Below, one piece after another: positions 1-8,480 of a DNA stretch of 64,000 nucleotides. Source of the stretch: a candidate division WOR-3 bacterium (GTDB lineage Bacteria > Hydrothermota > Hydrothermia > LBFQ01); the NCBI GenBank assembly GCA_027003075.1, contig JALWYV010000010.1:3900-67899 (forward strand), in the 5' to 3' direction. The notes under the pieces were generated by a model. The model saw only the letters and a list, made by a program, of their open reading frames with translations, made no database searches and was not told the origin of the DNA. The translations under genes were made by a program, and so were the position numbers. How positions within the stretch are numbered: position 1 is the stretch's first letter; the number at the start of each line of letters is the position of its first letter.

Positions 1-1776
1 GATCAGCGCCACTCCCAGGCCGATGTACAGAACGCCCTCGTTCCTCCTGAAAAGCCTTCCGAAGTTGTTTTCAAGATACTTCCTGAGCATCCGGAAGACC
101 GGGTTTACGCTGTCGTAGTCCCCCAGATCCTTATCAACGAGTCTCTGAACGACCATCCTCTCGTCCTGAATCAGGCCCGTCGGGTAGTCCTTCCAGAGCT
201 TTTGGAGCTTATATCCATAGTCCCCCTTCTTTATCTTCACCATCCCCTTGACGGCGGCTGAGATGATGTTGGCCGTCAGGCACTCGGCGTCGTAATCCAT
301 CCTGTAGAGGTACCTGATAGCTGCGGGTGAGAGTCCCTTTGGGGGATGGAAAAGGGGCATTATCACGCCCTTTTTGGGGTCTCTGCCTACGAAGAACCAG
401 GCGACGGCGTAAAATAGAGCGAGGGCGAGGACTACGAGCCAGAAGGACAGGATACCACCGAAATCCCTGACGAATCCTCCGGCTCTCTTTGCAAACGGAG
501 GGGAGATGTACCCTCTGGGCCAGGAGAGGGATACGTTTACGTCGGTGAGGGAGGGAATGGGGGAGGTGGTGGCCAGGACCACATCGCCGTCCCCCCTCTC
601 CTTTTTGAACTCCGCCCTGTTCTGGTCGCTCTCGGCCGATACCGTTATCTTCTTCTCTGGAACCCCTCCCGGAAGGTCAAAGGAGACCTTCAGGGCGTAT
701 ATGGGAACGCTCACGTTGTCAGCGACCTCCCAGTTCAGGACGTCCTTTCCGTTCTCTGAGGTTATGAGGCCGTCTATCTCATAGGTGAAGGAGAGCCTGT
801 GGAGACCGGGATTCTGGGGAGGATTCTTCACGCGCAGGACGTACATCCAGTCCCTCAGCTCGTCAACGTACCACTTCACGGGTCTTCCGTTTATGAGGAT
901 CCTCTTCACATTAAGGCTGACCTTTCGCTTTACGCCGAACCTACCCTCCGTGTGAAGCGGGAAGTTCCTTATCTCCCCCTTCTTTCCGCCGTATATGTTC
1001 CCGACGACTTCAAGCTCTTCTTTAACGAGTATGCTTCCGTCTTTCCTGACCTTGACCTTCTGAACGTAGGACCTTATGCACCTCCTCTCTCCTCCGGGAC
1101 AGCTGCTCTCAAGGAGCTTTTTGACCCTCGCCGGAACGGAGACGTACCCTTTAGGCCATCCCACGACTATGGTCAGGCCCTCCTTCGGGTCCAACGGCCT
1201 CGTGGTCTTAAAGTGCGCCCTGCCGCTCCTATCAACCCACGCCCTGTAATCCTGCCCCTTGCTGCCGTACCTGCCCGTAAAGGCCTTAAGCCGTATTTTA
1301 TCCTTCGGAACTCCCTTCGGCAGTTCAACCACGGCCCTCACCTCGTACATGCGGAAAATCCAGTCGTTTCCCGTCACGTTCCAGTAGAGCTCGTCGTGAT
1401 CCTTGAATATTCCGAGCTGTTTGTCCGTCTCGTACTCTATCGTGTAGGTGTGGACCCCCGGCCTGAGGCGGACGTCCTTTCTGCCTATGAACAGTCTCAC
1501 ACCCCCGCTTATGCTCCGTGTGAAGTAGTTTTCGGGCCTTCCGTTTCTCAGAACCCTTAATACCCTGAACCCGACCTCGTACTTCCCTCCGAGGTACCTG
1601 GTCGGAAAGTCCCTGTATATGCCCCGTTTTATGTCAAATCCGGATGCCACTACCCTTATGTCCTCACGGACTCGCAGGGAGCCGTCTTTTCTCACCTTCA
1701 CGTACTGGTGGTAGGAGAGTATGCACTCGAACTCACCCCTTGGGCATGAGAGGGAGAGGAGTACAAGAAGGTGCAT
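1..1776 (-). CDS. DUF2207-like integral membrane protein; 5' (N-terminal) part is in the window and the gene runs off the left edge
   Basis: Hand translation of the minus strand gives a stop-free reading frame from the ATG at 1774-1776 to position 1. It begins MHLLVLLSLSCPRGEFECILSYHQYVKVRKDGSL... and contains a duplicated N-terminal domain followed by a hydrophobic segment (FWLVVLALALFYAVAWFFVG). An AGGAGG-type ribosome-binding site (aaaaggagg on the minus strand) lies 6 nt upstream. The ORF track does not list it because it is cut by the window edge. Confidence 0.55.
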   Translation of the reverse strand, partial: MHLLVLLSLSCPRGEFECILSYHQYVKVRKDGSLRVREDIRVVASGFDIKRGIYRDFPTRYLGGKYEVGFRVLRVLRNGRPENYFTRSISGGVRLFIGRKDVRLRPGVHTYTIEYETDKQLGIFKDHDELYWNVTGNDWIFRMYEVRAVVELPKGVPKDKIRLKAFTGRYGSKGQDYRAWVDRSGRAHFKTTRPLDPKEGLTIVVGWPKGYVSVPARVKKLLESSCPGGERRCIRSYVQKVKVRKDGSILVKEELEVVGNIYGGKKGEIRNFPLHTEGRFGVKRKVSLNVKRILINGRPVKWYVDELRDWMYVLRVKNPPQNPGLHRLSFTYEIDGLITSENGKDVLNWEVADNVSVPIYALKVSFDLPGGVPEKKITVSAESDQNRAEFKKERGDGDVVLATTSPIPSLTDVNVSLSWPRGYISPPFAKRAGGFVRDFGGILSFWLVVLALALFYAVAWFFVGRDPKKGVIMPLFHPPKGLSPAAIRYLYRMDYDAECLTANIISAAVKGMVKIKKGDYGYKLQKLWKDYPTGLIQDERMVVQRLVDKDLGDYDSVNPVFRMLRKYLENNFGRLFRRNEGVLYIGLGVALI

Positions 1777-1788
1777 CGCGTCCTCCTT

Positions 1789-4008
1789 TTACATTATCCC
1801 CTTTATTTTCATCACCTCGTCCCCGACCCTCACCTTGAGCAGGTAAGCTCCCTTCGGTAGGTCAAATCTGTACTCGTACCTGCCTGCCGGGAGGTAGCCG
1901 AGACTTACCCGTTTTACGAGCCTTCCATCTGCCGAGTACACGTCGTAGCCGACGTAGGATGGAGATGTAAAGGAAATTCTGAGAACATTTCTGAAAACGT
2001 CAACCGATATGGCCTCTCTCTCCGGTTTCTCATCAACGGATACCGCGGCCGGGACTTTAACGACGAAGGCCTCATCGTCAAGTGAGGTCGTACCGAAGAC
2101 CGTCCTGTTCAGGGAGAAGTCCGCGTAGTTGTTCGTCCTACCCGCTACCAACACCTCCCCGGAGGGGGAAATGGCCAGGGCGTAAGCGTAGTCGTCCATG
2201 CTTGAGGCCAGAATCGCAGTTGCCATGTGGGAAGATATATCTCCGGAAAGTTTCGTAAGGAAGGCGTCCTTGTACCCCGAACTACCGTATACCGTCCTAT
2301 CCTGCGAGAAATCGGAGGAGTTGTAAGCCATCCCCACAACGTAGACCTCACCGGAGGAGGATACGGCAACATCGTGAGCCTCATCCGAACCGGAGGACGT
2401 CAGTATGGCCGTCGCTTCATGGGTCGTTAGATCGTTGCTCAGTCTGGTTATAAAGGCGTCCGTAAAACCTCCGGAAGAGCCGAAAACCGTTCTGCCCGTT
2501 GAAAAGTTGTCCGGATCGTAGGTCCAGCCCACGACGAATATTTCTCCGGAAGGGGTAGGGGCGGACGCGACACCGTGGGCCTCGTCTCTGGAGGGGGATG
2601 CGATTATGGCGGTTCCGAGGTGGGTACTCAGGTCAAGGGAGAGCTTGGTAACGAAGGCATCGTACCCGCCGGGCGTACCGAAGATGCTTGAGGTGGCCGA
2701 GAAGTCCGTAGCATTACCCGTGTATCCGGCTACGATTATATCCCCCGAAGGGTCAAGTGCTATGGCCCTCCCGTAATCCGCGCTGTCGGACGTGAGTAGA
2801 ACCCTCGCCGTAAGGGTGGCGAGATCCGAAGTCAGCTTTGCGACGAACACCTCCTTTGACCCAACGCTGCTTCCAAACCTGGGGCCTGAGCCGGGAAAGT
2901 CAAGGTAGTATCCGGCACTCCCCACCACGTAAACGTACCCCGCGTTCACCACGACATCCAGAGCGGCGTCGGCTCCTGTAGATGCTATTATTGCCGTCGC
3001 CTCGTGGGTGGAGAGGTCGTCGCTCAACTTCGTGATGAAGGCGTCGTAGTTGTTCGGGCTTCCGTGAATTATCCTGCTGACGGAAAAGTTCGTGGCATCC
3101 CCCGTCCATCCCACCACGTAAACGTATCCGGTGTTATCAACGGCAAGTCCGAAGACCTCGTCCCACTGATCCGACATTATTATCGCCGTTGATATGTGTG
3201 TCGTCAGATCCGGACTGAGCTTTACGACGAAGGCGTCCTGATACCCGCTGAAGCTCCCGAAGACGTTCCTGCTTTCGGAGAAGTCGGAGTAGTTGAGGGT
3301 ATACCCGGCTAAGAAAACGTTTCCGTCGTTGTCAACGGCCACGGCGTTGGCGGCATCTCCCATGCTTGAGGCTACTATGGCCGTAACTACGGGGTCAATT
3401 ACGAGGGTGTACCTCGTGTCGTACCCTTTAACCTCAAAGCGAATCGTACCTCTGGATAGCACAGGTCTTACATTTATCTCCTCTGCCCCCTGATACGCCT
3501 TGAGGTCGCTCAACTTTACTATCTCCCTGCCGTTTTTGACGATGTACAGACCATCTTCCCGTACCTCAACATCCGCATCCGTCTCCAGGGCTATCTTCGT
3601 CGGATCCCCTCCCGGATAAACGACGAACTGAATCTCAAATCTGCCGTTCTCATCGGCGGTAAGCACGGCGTCTATATCAGGGTAGGCCTCCTTCAGAACG
3701 ATCCTCCTGTAAGTGGGAATCCCCTTGATCCCCTTTCCCTTACCGAAGTAGGAGATCCTAGTTCGCGCAGGCATGTCGGAAACGATAAAACGGGGGGACC
3801 CTACCCTTAAAGATACGTCTCCGATATGTATCCTGCCGTCCTCAAAGACGTAGGCTACGGTCGGATGCAGACTGTAGAACAGTATACTCTCCGGAAGCTG
3901 ACCGACGTTTTCCGCGAAGACCGTTTTCACACCCTGTTCGTAGGTCTCTCTGAGACCTACACCTGCTTCGGAACCTACGATGCCTTTGAGTGCCACCACC
4001 CAAAGCAT
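1789..4008 (-). CDS. Secreted SBBP (beta-propeller) repeat protein with a C-terminal Por/T9SS sorting domain
   Basis: 739-aa ORF. It carries tandem ~45-aa repeats of the form ...GxxYDAFVTKLSxDLSTHxxTAIIAS... typical of SBBP beta-propeller repeats. The C-terminus (RISFTSPSYVGYDVYSADGRLVKRVSLGYLPAGRYEYRFDLPKGAYLLKVRVGDEVMKIKGIM) resembles a T9SS CTD. Confidence 0.7.
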   Translation of the reverse strand: MLWVVALKGIVGSEAGVGLRETYEQGVKTVFAENVGQLPESILFYSLHPTVAYVFEDGRIHIGDVSLRVGSPRFIVSDMPARTRISYFGKGKGIKGIPTYRRIVLKEAYPDIDAVLTADENGRFEIQFVVYPGGDPTKIALETDADVEVREDGLYIVKNGREIVKLSDLKAYQGAEEINVRPVLSRGTIRFEVKGYDTRYTLVIDPVVTAIVASSMGDAANAVAVDNDGNVFLAGYTLNYSDFSESRNVFGSFSGYQDAFVVKLSPDLTTHISTAIIMSDQWDEVFGLAVDNTGYVYVVGWTGDATNFSVSRIIHGSPNNYDAFITKLSDDLSTHEATAIIASTGADAALDVVVNAGYVYVVGSAGYYLDFPGSGPRFGSSVGSKEVFVAKLTSDLATLTARVLLTSDSADYGRAIALDPSGDIIVAGYTGNATDFSATSSIFGTPGGYDAFVTKLSLDLSTHLGTAIIASPSRDEAHGVASAPTPSGEIFVVGWTYDPDNFSTGRTVFGSSGGFTDAFITRLSNDLTTHEATAILTSSGSDEAHDVAVSSSGEVYVVGMAYNSSDFSQDRTVYGSSGYKDAFLTKLSGDISSHMATAILASSMDDYAYALAISPSGEVLVAGRTNNYADFSLNRTVFGTTSLDDEAFVVKVPAAVSVDEKPEREAISVDVFRNVLRISFTSPSYVGYDVYSADGRLVKRVSLGYLPAGRYEYRFDLPKGAYLLKVRVGDEVMKIKGIM

Positions 4009-4083
4009 ATCTTCAATTTTAAAGCCGAAACGCGAATTTTTTTCAGGAAGTACGTTACGATGTGAAAAACATTTTAGAAATGA

Positions 4084-4104
4084 GGGAAAAATTTCCCATT
4101 TTTC
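4084..4104. terminator. Putative intrinsic terminator: short hairpin GGGAA-AAAT-TTCCC followed by TTTTT, between the trmFO 3' end and the SBBP gene start
   Basis: Read directly from the sequence. The stem is only 5 bp, so the call is weak. Confidence 0.2.
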
Positions 4105-4161
4105 ACCAAAATTTATCCGGCAAGTAGAGGCAAAACTGTTGATTAAACGTGTGTGAAGCTG

Positions 4162-5472
4162 CTATACTCCGGCTTTCAGCCTCTCCACGAACTCCCGCAT
4201 CTCCCTCAACGCTCTCTCCACGATGTACCTGCGCCTTTTGTCCCTCTTCATTCTGGGGACGTCCGGTACTATGCCGAAGTTGGCGTTCATGGGCTGGAAG
4301 TACTTAGGATCCGCCGAAGTAATGTAGTTAAAGAGCGATCCCATCATCGTATGGGTTGGCAGGATGACAGGTTCAAGGCCGAGGGCTATACGGGCGGCGT
4401 TGAGACCGGCGAGGTGACCTCCTGCTATGGCAGGGACGTACCCTTCCGTACCAGTTATCTGCCCGGCGAAGAGTATCCTCGGCTCCTTTCTGAGCTGTAG
4501 GGTAGGGAGTAGGAGGACGGGGGACTTTATAAAGGTGTTCCGATGGACGGCACCGTACCGGAGGAATTCGGCGTTCTCAAGGCCCGGTATCATCCGGAAT
4601 ACCCTCTTCTGCTCCCCCCACTTGAGCTGGGTCTGGAAACCCACCAGGTTCCATGCCTTACCCTCCATGTCCTCCCTGCGGAGCTGTACGACCGCGTAGG
4701 GGAGTTCACCCGTTCTCGGATCCTCAAGGCCCACGGGGCGCAACGGCCCGTACAGGAGTGTCTCTGGCCCCCGTCGGGCCATCTCCTCTATGGGAAGGCA
4801 GGCCTCAAAGTACTTAGCATCTTTTTCAAAGTCCTTGGGAGGATGTATTTCGGCGTTCACGAGGGCTTCCCAGAACCTCATGTACTCCTCCTTGGTCATG
4901 GGGGCGTTCAGGTAGGCCTCGTCCTGCTGTCCGAAGCGGTCTTTGAAGTAAAGTTTGCTGTAGTCAAGGGTATCGCCGTCCACTATAGGCGATTGGGCAT
5001 CGTAGAAGTGCAGGTACTCCTCACCGAGGAGTCGGCCGATGGCCTCGGAGAGGGGGTCGCTCGTAAGGGGTCCGGAGGCTATAACCACTATACCGTCGGG
5101 TATTTCCCTGACTTCCTCCCTTATAAAACGGATGTTGGGGTGGCTCTCTATGGCCTCTTCAACCTTTTTGGAAAAGCATTCTCTATCAATCGCGAGGGCC
5201 TTACCCCCCGGTAGCTCGCACTCCTTCGCGAACTTGAGGAGCGGAGAGCCGAGCATCTCCAGTTCGGCCTTTAAGAGGCCGGGGGCAGAGTGGAGGTCCT
5301 TGGATTTGAACGTGTTGGAGCATACGAGCTCGGCGGGTCTACCCGTTGAGTGGGCGGGGGTCATCTTCTTAGGTCTCATCTCGTAGAGGTCAACCTGTAC
5401 CCCCACGTTCGCGGCAACGAGGGCGGCTTCGCTGCCGGCAAGTCCGGCCCCTATTACGGTTATCTTCTTCAT
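4162..5472 (-). CDS. trmFO: Methylenetetrahydrofolate--tRNA-(uracil-5-)-methyltransferase TrmFO (Gid)
   Basis: 436 aa. N-terminal FAD-binding motif VIGAGLAGSEAA, then ...AELVCSNTFKS..., and overall TrmFO/Gid architecture and length. Confidence 0.85.
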   Translation of the reverse strand: MKKITVIGAGLAGSEAALVAANVGVQVDLYEMRPKKMTPAHSTGRPAELVCSNTFKSKDLHSAPGLLKAELEMLGSPLLKFAKECELPGGKALAIDRECFSKKVEEAIESHPNIRFIREEVREIPDGIVVIASGPLTSDPLSEAIGRLLGEEYLHFYDAQSPIVDGDTLDYSKLYFKDRFGQQDEAYLNAPMTKEEYMRFWEALVNAEIHPPKDFEKDAKYFEACLPIEEMARRGPETLLYGPLRPVGLEDPRTGELPYAVVQLRREDMEGKAWNLVGFQTQLKWGEQKRVFRMIPGLENAEFLRYGAVHRNTFIKSPVLLLPTLQLRKEPRILFAGQITGTEGYVPAIAGGHLAGLNAARIALGLEPVILPTHTMMGSLFNYITSADPKYFQPMNANFGIVPDVPRMKRDKRRRYIVERALREMREFVERLKAGV

Positions 5473-5485
5473 TCGCCTTCCAATT

Positions 5486-6160
5486 CTAAGGTTGACGGGT
5501 TTCTGCCGCGTAAGGGCATTCCTCCCTCAGGGGACAGATATCGCACTTCGGGTTTACGGGTTTGCATATAGCCTGTCCAAAGCCCACAAGGTAACGGTTC
5601 ACCTCTCCCCACATCTCCTGAGGCAGATTCTCCATCAGGAACCTCTCAACGTCTTCGGGCTTCTTAGCGTTCGGGAGGAGTTTCCACCTCTCCTTTATTA
5701 TCCGATAAACGTGCGTATCCACTCCCACGGCGGGCTTACCGAAAGCGTTATAAAGTACTATGTTCGCCACCTTTCTGCCTACCCCCTTGAACGTGAGGAG
5801 TTCCTCAAGGGTGTCGGGTACCTTCCCACCGTACTCCTTAACTATCCTGCAGGCGGCCTCTTTAACGTTTCTGGCCTTCTGACGGTAAAATCCGAGGGGT
5901 TTGAGTATCCTCTCTATCTCCTCAAGGGACATATCGCACAGAGCTTCAGGGGTGGGCGCCCTCTTTAACAGCTCTGCGGCCACTTTATGGGTTACCTCGT
6001 CCCTCGCCCTTATGCTCAGCATGGTGGTTATGAGGGCGTGGAAGGGTGAACGGGTTTTTACCTTCTTCATGAGCTTCACCGGTGCATCGTCTTCGGACAG
6101 GTTTTCGTAGATCTCTTTCACTACGCTGACAAATTTACGTAGGCGAGTTTCGGGATCCAT
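5486..6160 (-). CDS. nth: Endonuclease III (DNA-(apurinic or apyrimidinic site) lyase, HhH-GPD family)
   Basis: 224 aa. HhH-GPD region LTFKGVGRKVANIVL...GVDTHVYRI and a C-terminal 4Fe-4S cluster loop CKPVNPKCDICPLREEC. Confidence 0.85.
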   Translation of the reverse strand: MDPETRLRKFVSVVKEIYENLSEDDAPVKLMKKVKTRSPFHALITTMLSIRARDEVTHKVAAELLKRAPTPEALCDMSLEEIERILKPLGFYRQKARNVKEAACRIVKEYGGKVPDTLEELLTFKGVGRKVANIVLYNAFGKPAVGVDTHVYRIIKERWKLLPNAKKPEDVERFLMENLPQEMWGEVNRYLVGFGQAICKPVNPKCDICPLREECPYAAETRQP

Positions 6161-6399
6161 GGGTGGAGATTGTAGGGGCGTTTACACATGTCCAGTTACG
6201 CCCGTATAATACCGGAGAACGGTATAAGATAAGGAGCCGGTAGCGAAGGGCAGAGAGAACTAAAGCCCGTCCCCGGGAGAGAGACAGAGGAGGCAGGGGA
6301 GGGGCAGGGAGCCGCCGGGAAGTGCGTGCCTACAGCGGGTGGTCGCCTGAGGGCGGCCTATGGGGGGGACTGGCCCCAGTCTCGGCTGGGGGCTGTGAG

Positions 6400-6545
6400 G
6401 CACGAGGCGGCGAAGTTTTGGTGTATTAACTCGCGGGACGGGTCTGTAAATTCATAAATTTTCAAAGATGCAAGATCGGAGGTTCAGCAAAAATTGGGGA
6501 AAATGAGGGGGTGTAAGTTTGAAAATTATTCATCTGACGGATCGG
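6400..6545 (+). promoter_or_regulatory. Putative CRISPR leader, AT-rich and immediately 5' of the first repeat
   Basis: AT-rich sequence (ttttggtgtattaactcg...aaattttcaaagatgcaag...gtttgaaaattattcatctgacggatcgg) abuts the first perfect repeat. The degenerate repeat is at the opposite end of the array, which implies the leader is on this side and transcription runs on the + strand. Confidence 0.45.
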
Positions 6546-6838
6546 GTCTCAAATCTACCTTGTGGAATTTGAACTTGATGATGTGGAATACGACGTTCGT
6601 ACGGTTCCACTGTCTCAAATCTACCTTGTGGAATTTGAACTCTAAACCCCACTTCCTTCATCCATCTATACAACTCCGTCTCAAATCTACCTTGTGGAAT
6701 TTGAACCCTCGTATCATGCATCACAGATCCAGTTTCTGTATGTGTCTCAAATCTACCTTGTGGAATTTGAACTGTATAAGAGCGTCTATGTCCCTGTACT
6801 GCTCCATCTTGTCTCAAATACCTTGTGAAAGGGTAAAA
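6546..6838 (+). CRISPR. Small CRISPR array: 4 identical 29-nt repeats GTCTCAAATCTACCTTGTGGAATTTGAAC plus 1 degenerate terminal repeat; 4 spacers of 37-38 nt
   Basis: Repeats at 6546-6574, 6612-6640, 6678-6706 and 6744-6772. A degenerate copy lies at 6811-~6838 (gtctcaaataccttgtgaaagggtaaaatc). Spacers are 6575-6611, 6641-6677, 6707-6743 and 6773-6810. The repeat can form a TCAAAT/ATTTGA stem. No cas ORFs are recognisable anywhere in the window. Confidence 0.85.
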
Positions 6839-6900
6839 TCTAAATTTATACGACCGTCCTTTCACTCTTACATGGGTCTCTCCCTTACAATTTCCCCTGC

Positions 6901-7137
6901 ATGGCCGGTCTTGAATGGCTCTTTTTACCTCTTATTTTCGTGATCCCGGCCTTTGTAGGGTTTATCACAGTCCTCGCATTCTTAGGGGTGTGGCGTGGCA
7001 TTACCCTGAATATCCTCTCCGGCCTCTTTGGGTACCTTATCAGCCCGTGGATATTCTGGGGATGGTTGTTCATCCTCTCCCTCGTCGGTTTCCTTACGGT
7101 GTGGATGACGGTTTCCAACACTCTCAGGGATCTTTAA
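6901..7137 (+). CDS. Hypothetical small integral membrane protein (78 aa, 2-3 predicted TM segments)
   Basis: MAGLEWLFLPLIFVIPAFVGFITVLAFLGVWRGITLNILSGLFGYLISPWIFWGWLFILSLVGFLTVWMTVSNTLRDL is strongly hydrophobic and protein-like. The overlapping frame (the 5' extension of the murJ ORF in the track) is not protein-like. Confidence 0.35.
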   Translation: MAGLEWLFLPLIFVIPAFVGFITVLAFLGVWRGITLNILSGLFGYLISPWIFWGWLFILSLVGFLTVWMTVSNTLRDL

Positions 7138-7169
7138 AGGTACACTCCGCCCGTAGAATAGGCCGGACT

Positions 7170-8477
7170 TTGAAGATAAGGTCCATCCTCTCCTTCTCCG
7201 CCGGCACCCTCCTGAGCCGTATCCTCGGCTTCGTACGGGAACTGGTGTTCGCCTACGCCCTCGGAGCTTCACCCTACGCCGACGCCGTGGTTGTGGCCGT
7301 GAGAATACCCACGATGCTCCGGGGAATGTTGGCGGAGGGGGTTTCGCAGAACGCCTTCGTCCCCGTCCTCGCCCGCTGGAAGGACAGAAGTCTACTGTGG
7401 GCGCTTATCTTCATAATCCTCGGAACGACCCTGATTCTGGTCCCGATTGGTGTAATATTCGCCCCCCTCATCACGAAGGTTATAGTGCCGGGTTTCGTAC
7501 AGGATGCCGACAAGTTCGCCTTTACCGTTCTCGGAGTACGCATAACCTTTCCCTCCCTCATCTTCATAAGCGGGGCAGCCATAGCCATGGGTGTACTCAA
7601 CACGAGGGGGAGGTTCTTCATAACGGGCGTATCACCCGTTTTCTTCAATATCGGAAGTATCGTTCTCCTGCTCTTTGCCCATAGGTGGCCCGTACTCGGC
7701 GCGGCCGCCTTTACCGTAGGGACAGCCCTTCAGTTCCTCTTTTTACTTCCCTTCGCGTGGGAGAAGTACGAGAGGCCCAACTTCAAACATCCGGCCATAA
7801 AGGACTTCCTGAAAAACTGGTTTTCCATGAGCCTGAACACCGGCTTCCTCCAGACCTCAACCCTGATAAACGCAATCGTCGCCTCTTTCCTGCCTACAGG
7901 ATCGCTCGCATACCTGAGCTACGCCTTCCGGCTGGTACACCTGCCTCAGGGCCTCTTCGGAGTGGCAACGGGTACGGTTTTAACCAAAAGCGTATCAGAA
8001 GACGAAGCCCACGCCCGTGAACACACGTGGAAGGGGATAATTTTCGTATCCGCAATCACCCTGACGATAGCCCTCCTGTACGCCCTATTCGGGGAAATCT
8101 TTATAAAACTCGCCTTCGTTAGGGGAAGGTTCACACCGGAGGACGCCCACAACACCTTTCGGGTTCTCCTCGGTTACGTCCCGACTATACCGGCCTACGC
8201 CCTCTCCTCCGTTTACCTCTCCTACCTCTTCGCCGTTTTTCGCAGGAAGCACGCCAATATCGGTCTGGCTATATCAACCGTCACCAACCTTCTGATAGTT
8301 TTCCCCCTCTCCCGGATGTTGGGAGCCACGGGTATAGCCTACGCCGTATCTCTCGCCACCACCTCCTCCGTCCTCTTTTGGGCGTTCAGGAGCTTCGGAG
8401 TAGGGAGGGAGAGCCTTCTAACAACGGCGACCTTGCTTGTGGCCTTCCTTATATCCCTCCTGCGGCTGTTTGCGTAG
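7170..8477 (+). CDS. murJ: Lipid II flippase MurJ (MviN)
   Basis: Start reassigned to the TTG at 7170. The sequence M-KIRSILSFSAGTLLSRILGFVRELVFAYALGASPYADAVVVAVRIPTMLRGMLAEGVSQNAFVPVLA aligns with the canonical MurJ N-terminus. The protein is polytopic. The annotated upstream 85 codons of the track ORF are not protein-like. Confidence 0.75.
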   Translation: MKIRSILSFSAGTLLSRILGFVRELVFAYALGASPYADAVVVAVRIPTMLRGMLAEGVSQNAFVPVLARWKDRSLLWALIFIILGTTLILVPIGVIFAPLITKVIVPGFVQDADKFAFTVLGVRITFPSLIFISGAAIAMGVLNTRGRFFITGVSPVFFNIGSIVLLLFAHRWPVLGAAAFTVGTALQFLFLLPFAWEKYERPNFKHPAIKDFLKNWFSMSLNTGFLQTSTLINAIVASFLPTGSLAYLSYAFRLVHLPQGLFGVATGTVLTKSVSEDEAHAREHTWKGIIFVSAITLTIALLYALFGEIFIKLAFVRGRFTPEDAHNTFRVLLGYVPTIPAYALSSVYLSYLFAVFRRKHANIGLAISTVTNLLIVFPLSRMLGATGIAYAVSLATTSSVLFWAFRSFGVGRESLLTTATLLVAFLISLLRLFA

Positions 8478-8480
8478 GGT

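Noticed and set aside
6546-6574. tRNA-like T-loop resemblance (GTTCAAATTCC on the reverse strand) inside the repeat
   Set aside because: It is part of the 29-nt CRISPR repeat, it recurs in every copy, and no acceptor or anticodon arms are present. I found no convincing tRNA gene by eye elsewhere in the intergenic regions, including the islet borders.
6494-6943. ORFs 6494..6943 (+) and 6530..6865 (-), which translate to repeated KSTLWNLN / IPQGRFET peptides
   Set aside because: They are translations of the CRISPR repeats themselves. The periodic peptide comes from the 29-nt repeat, not from a gene.
6915-7169. 5' extension of the murJ ORF (MALFTSYFRDPGLCRVYHSPRILRG...)
   Set aside because: Pro/Arg-rich and not protein-like. 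The conserved MurJ N-terminus aligns from the TTG at 7170. An alternative frame here encodes a plausible small membrane protein.
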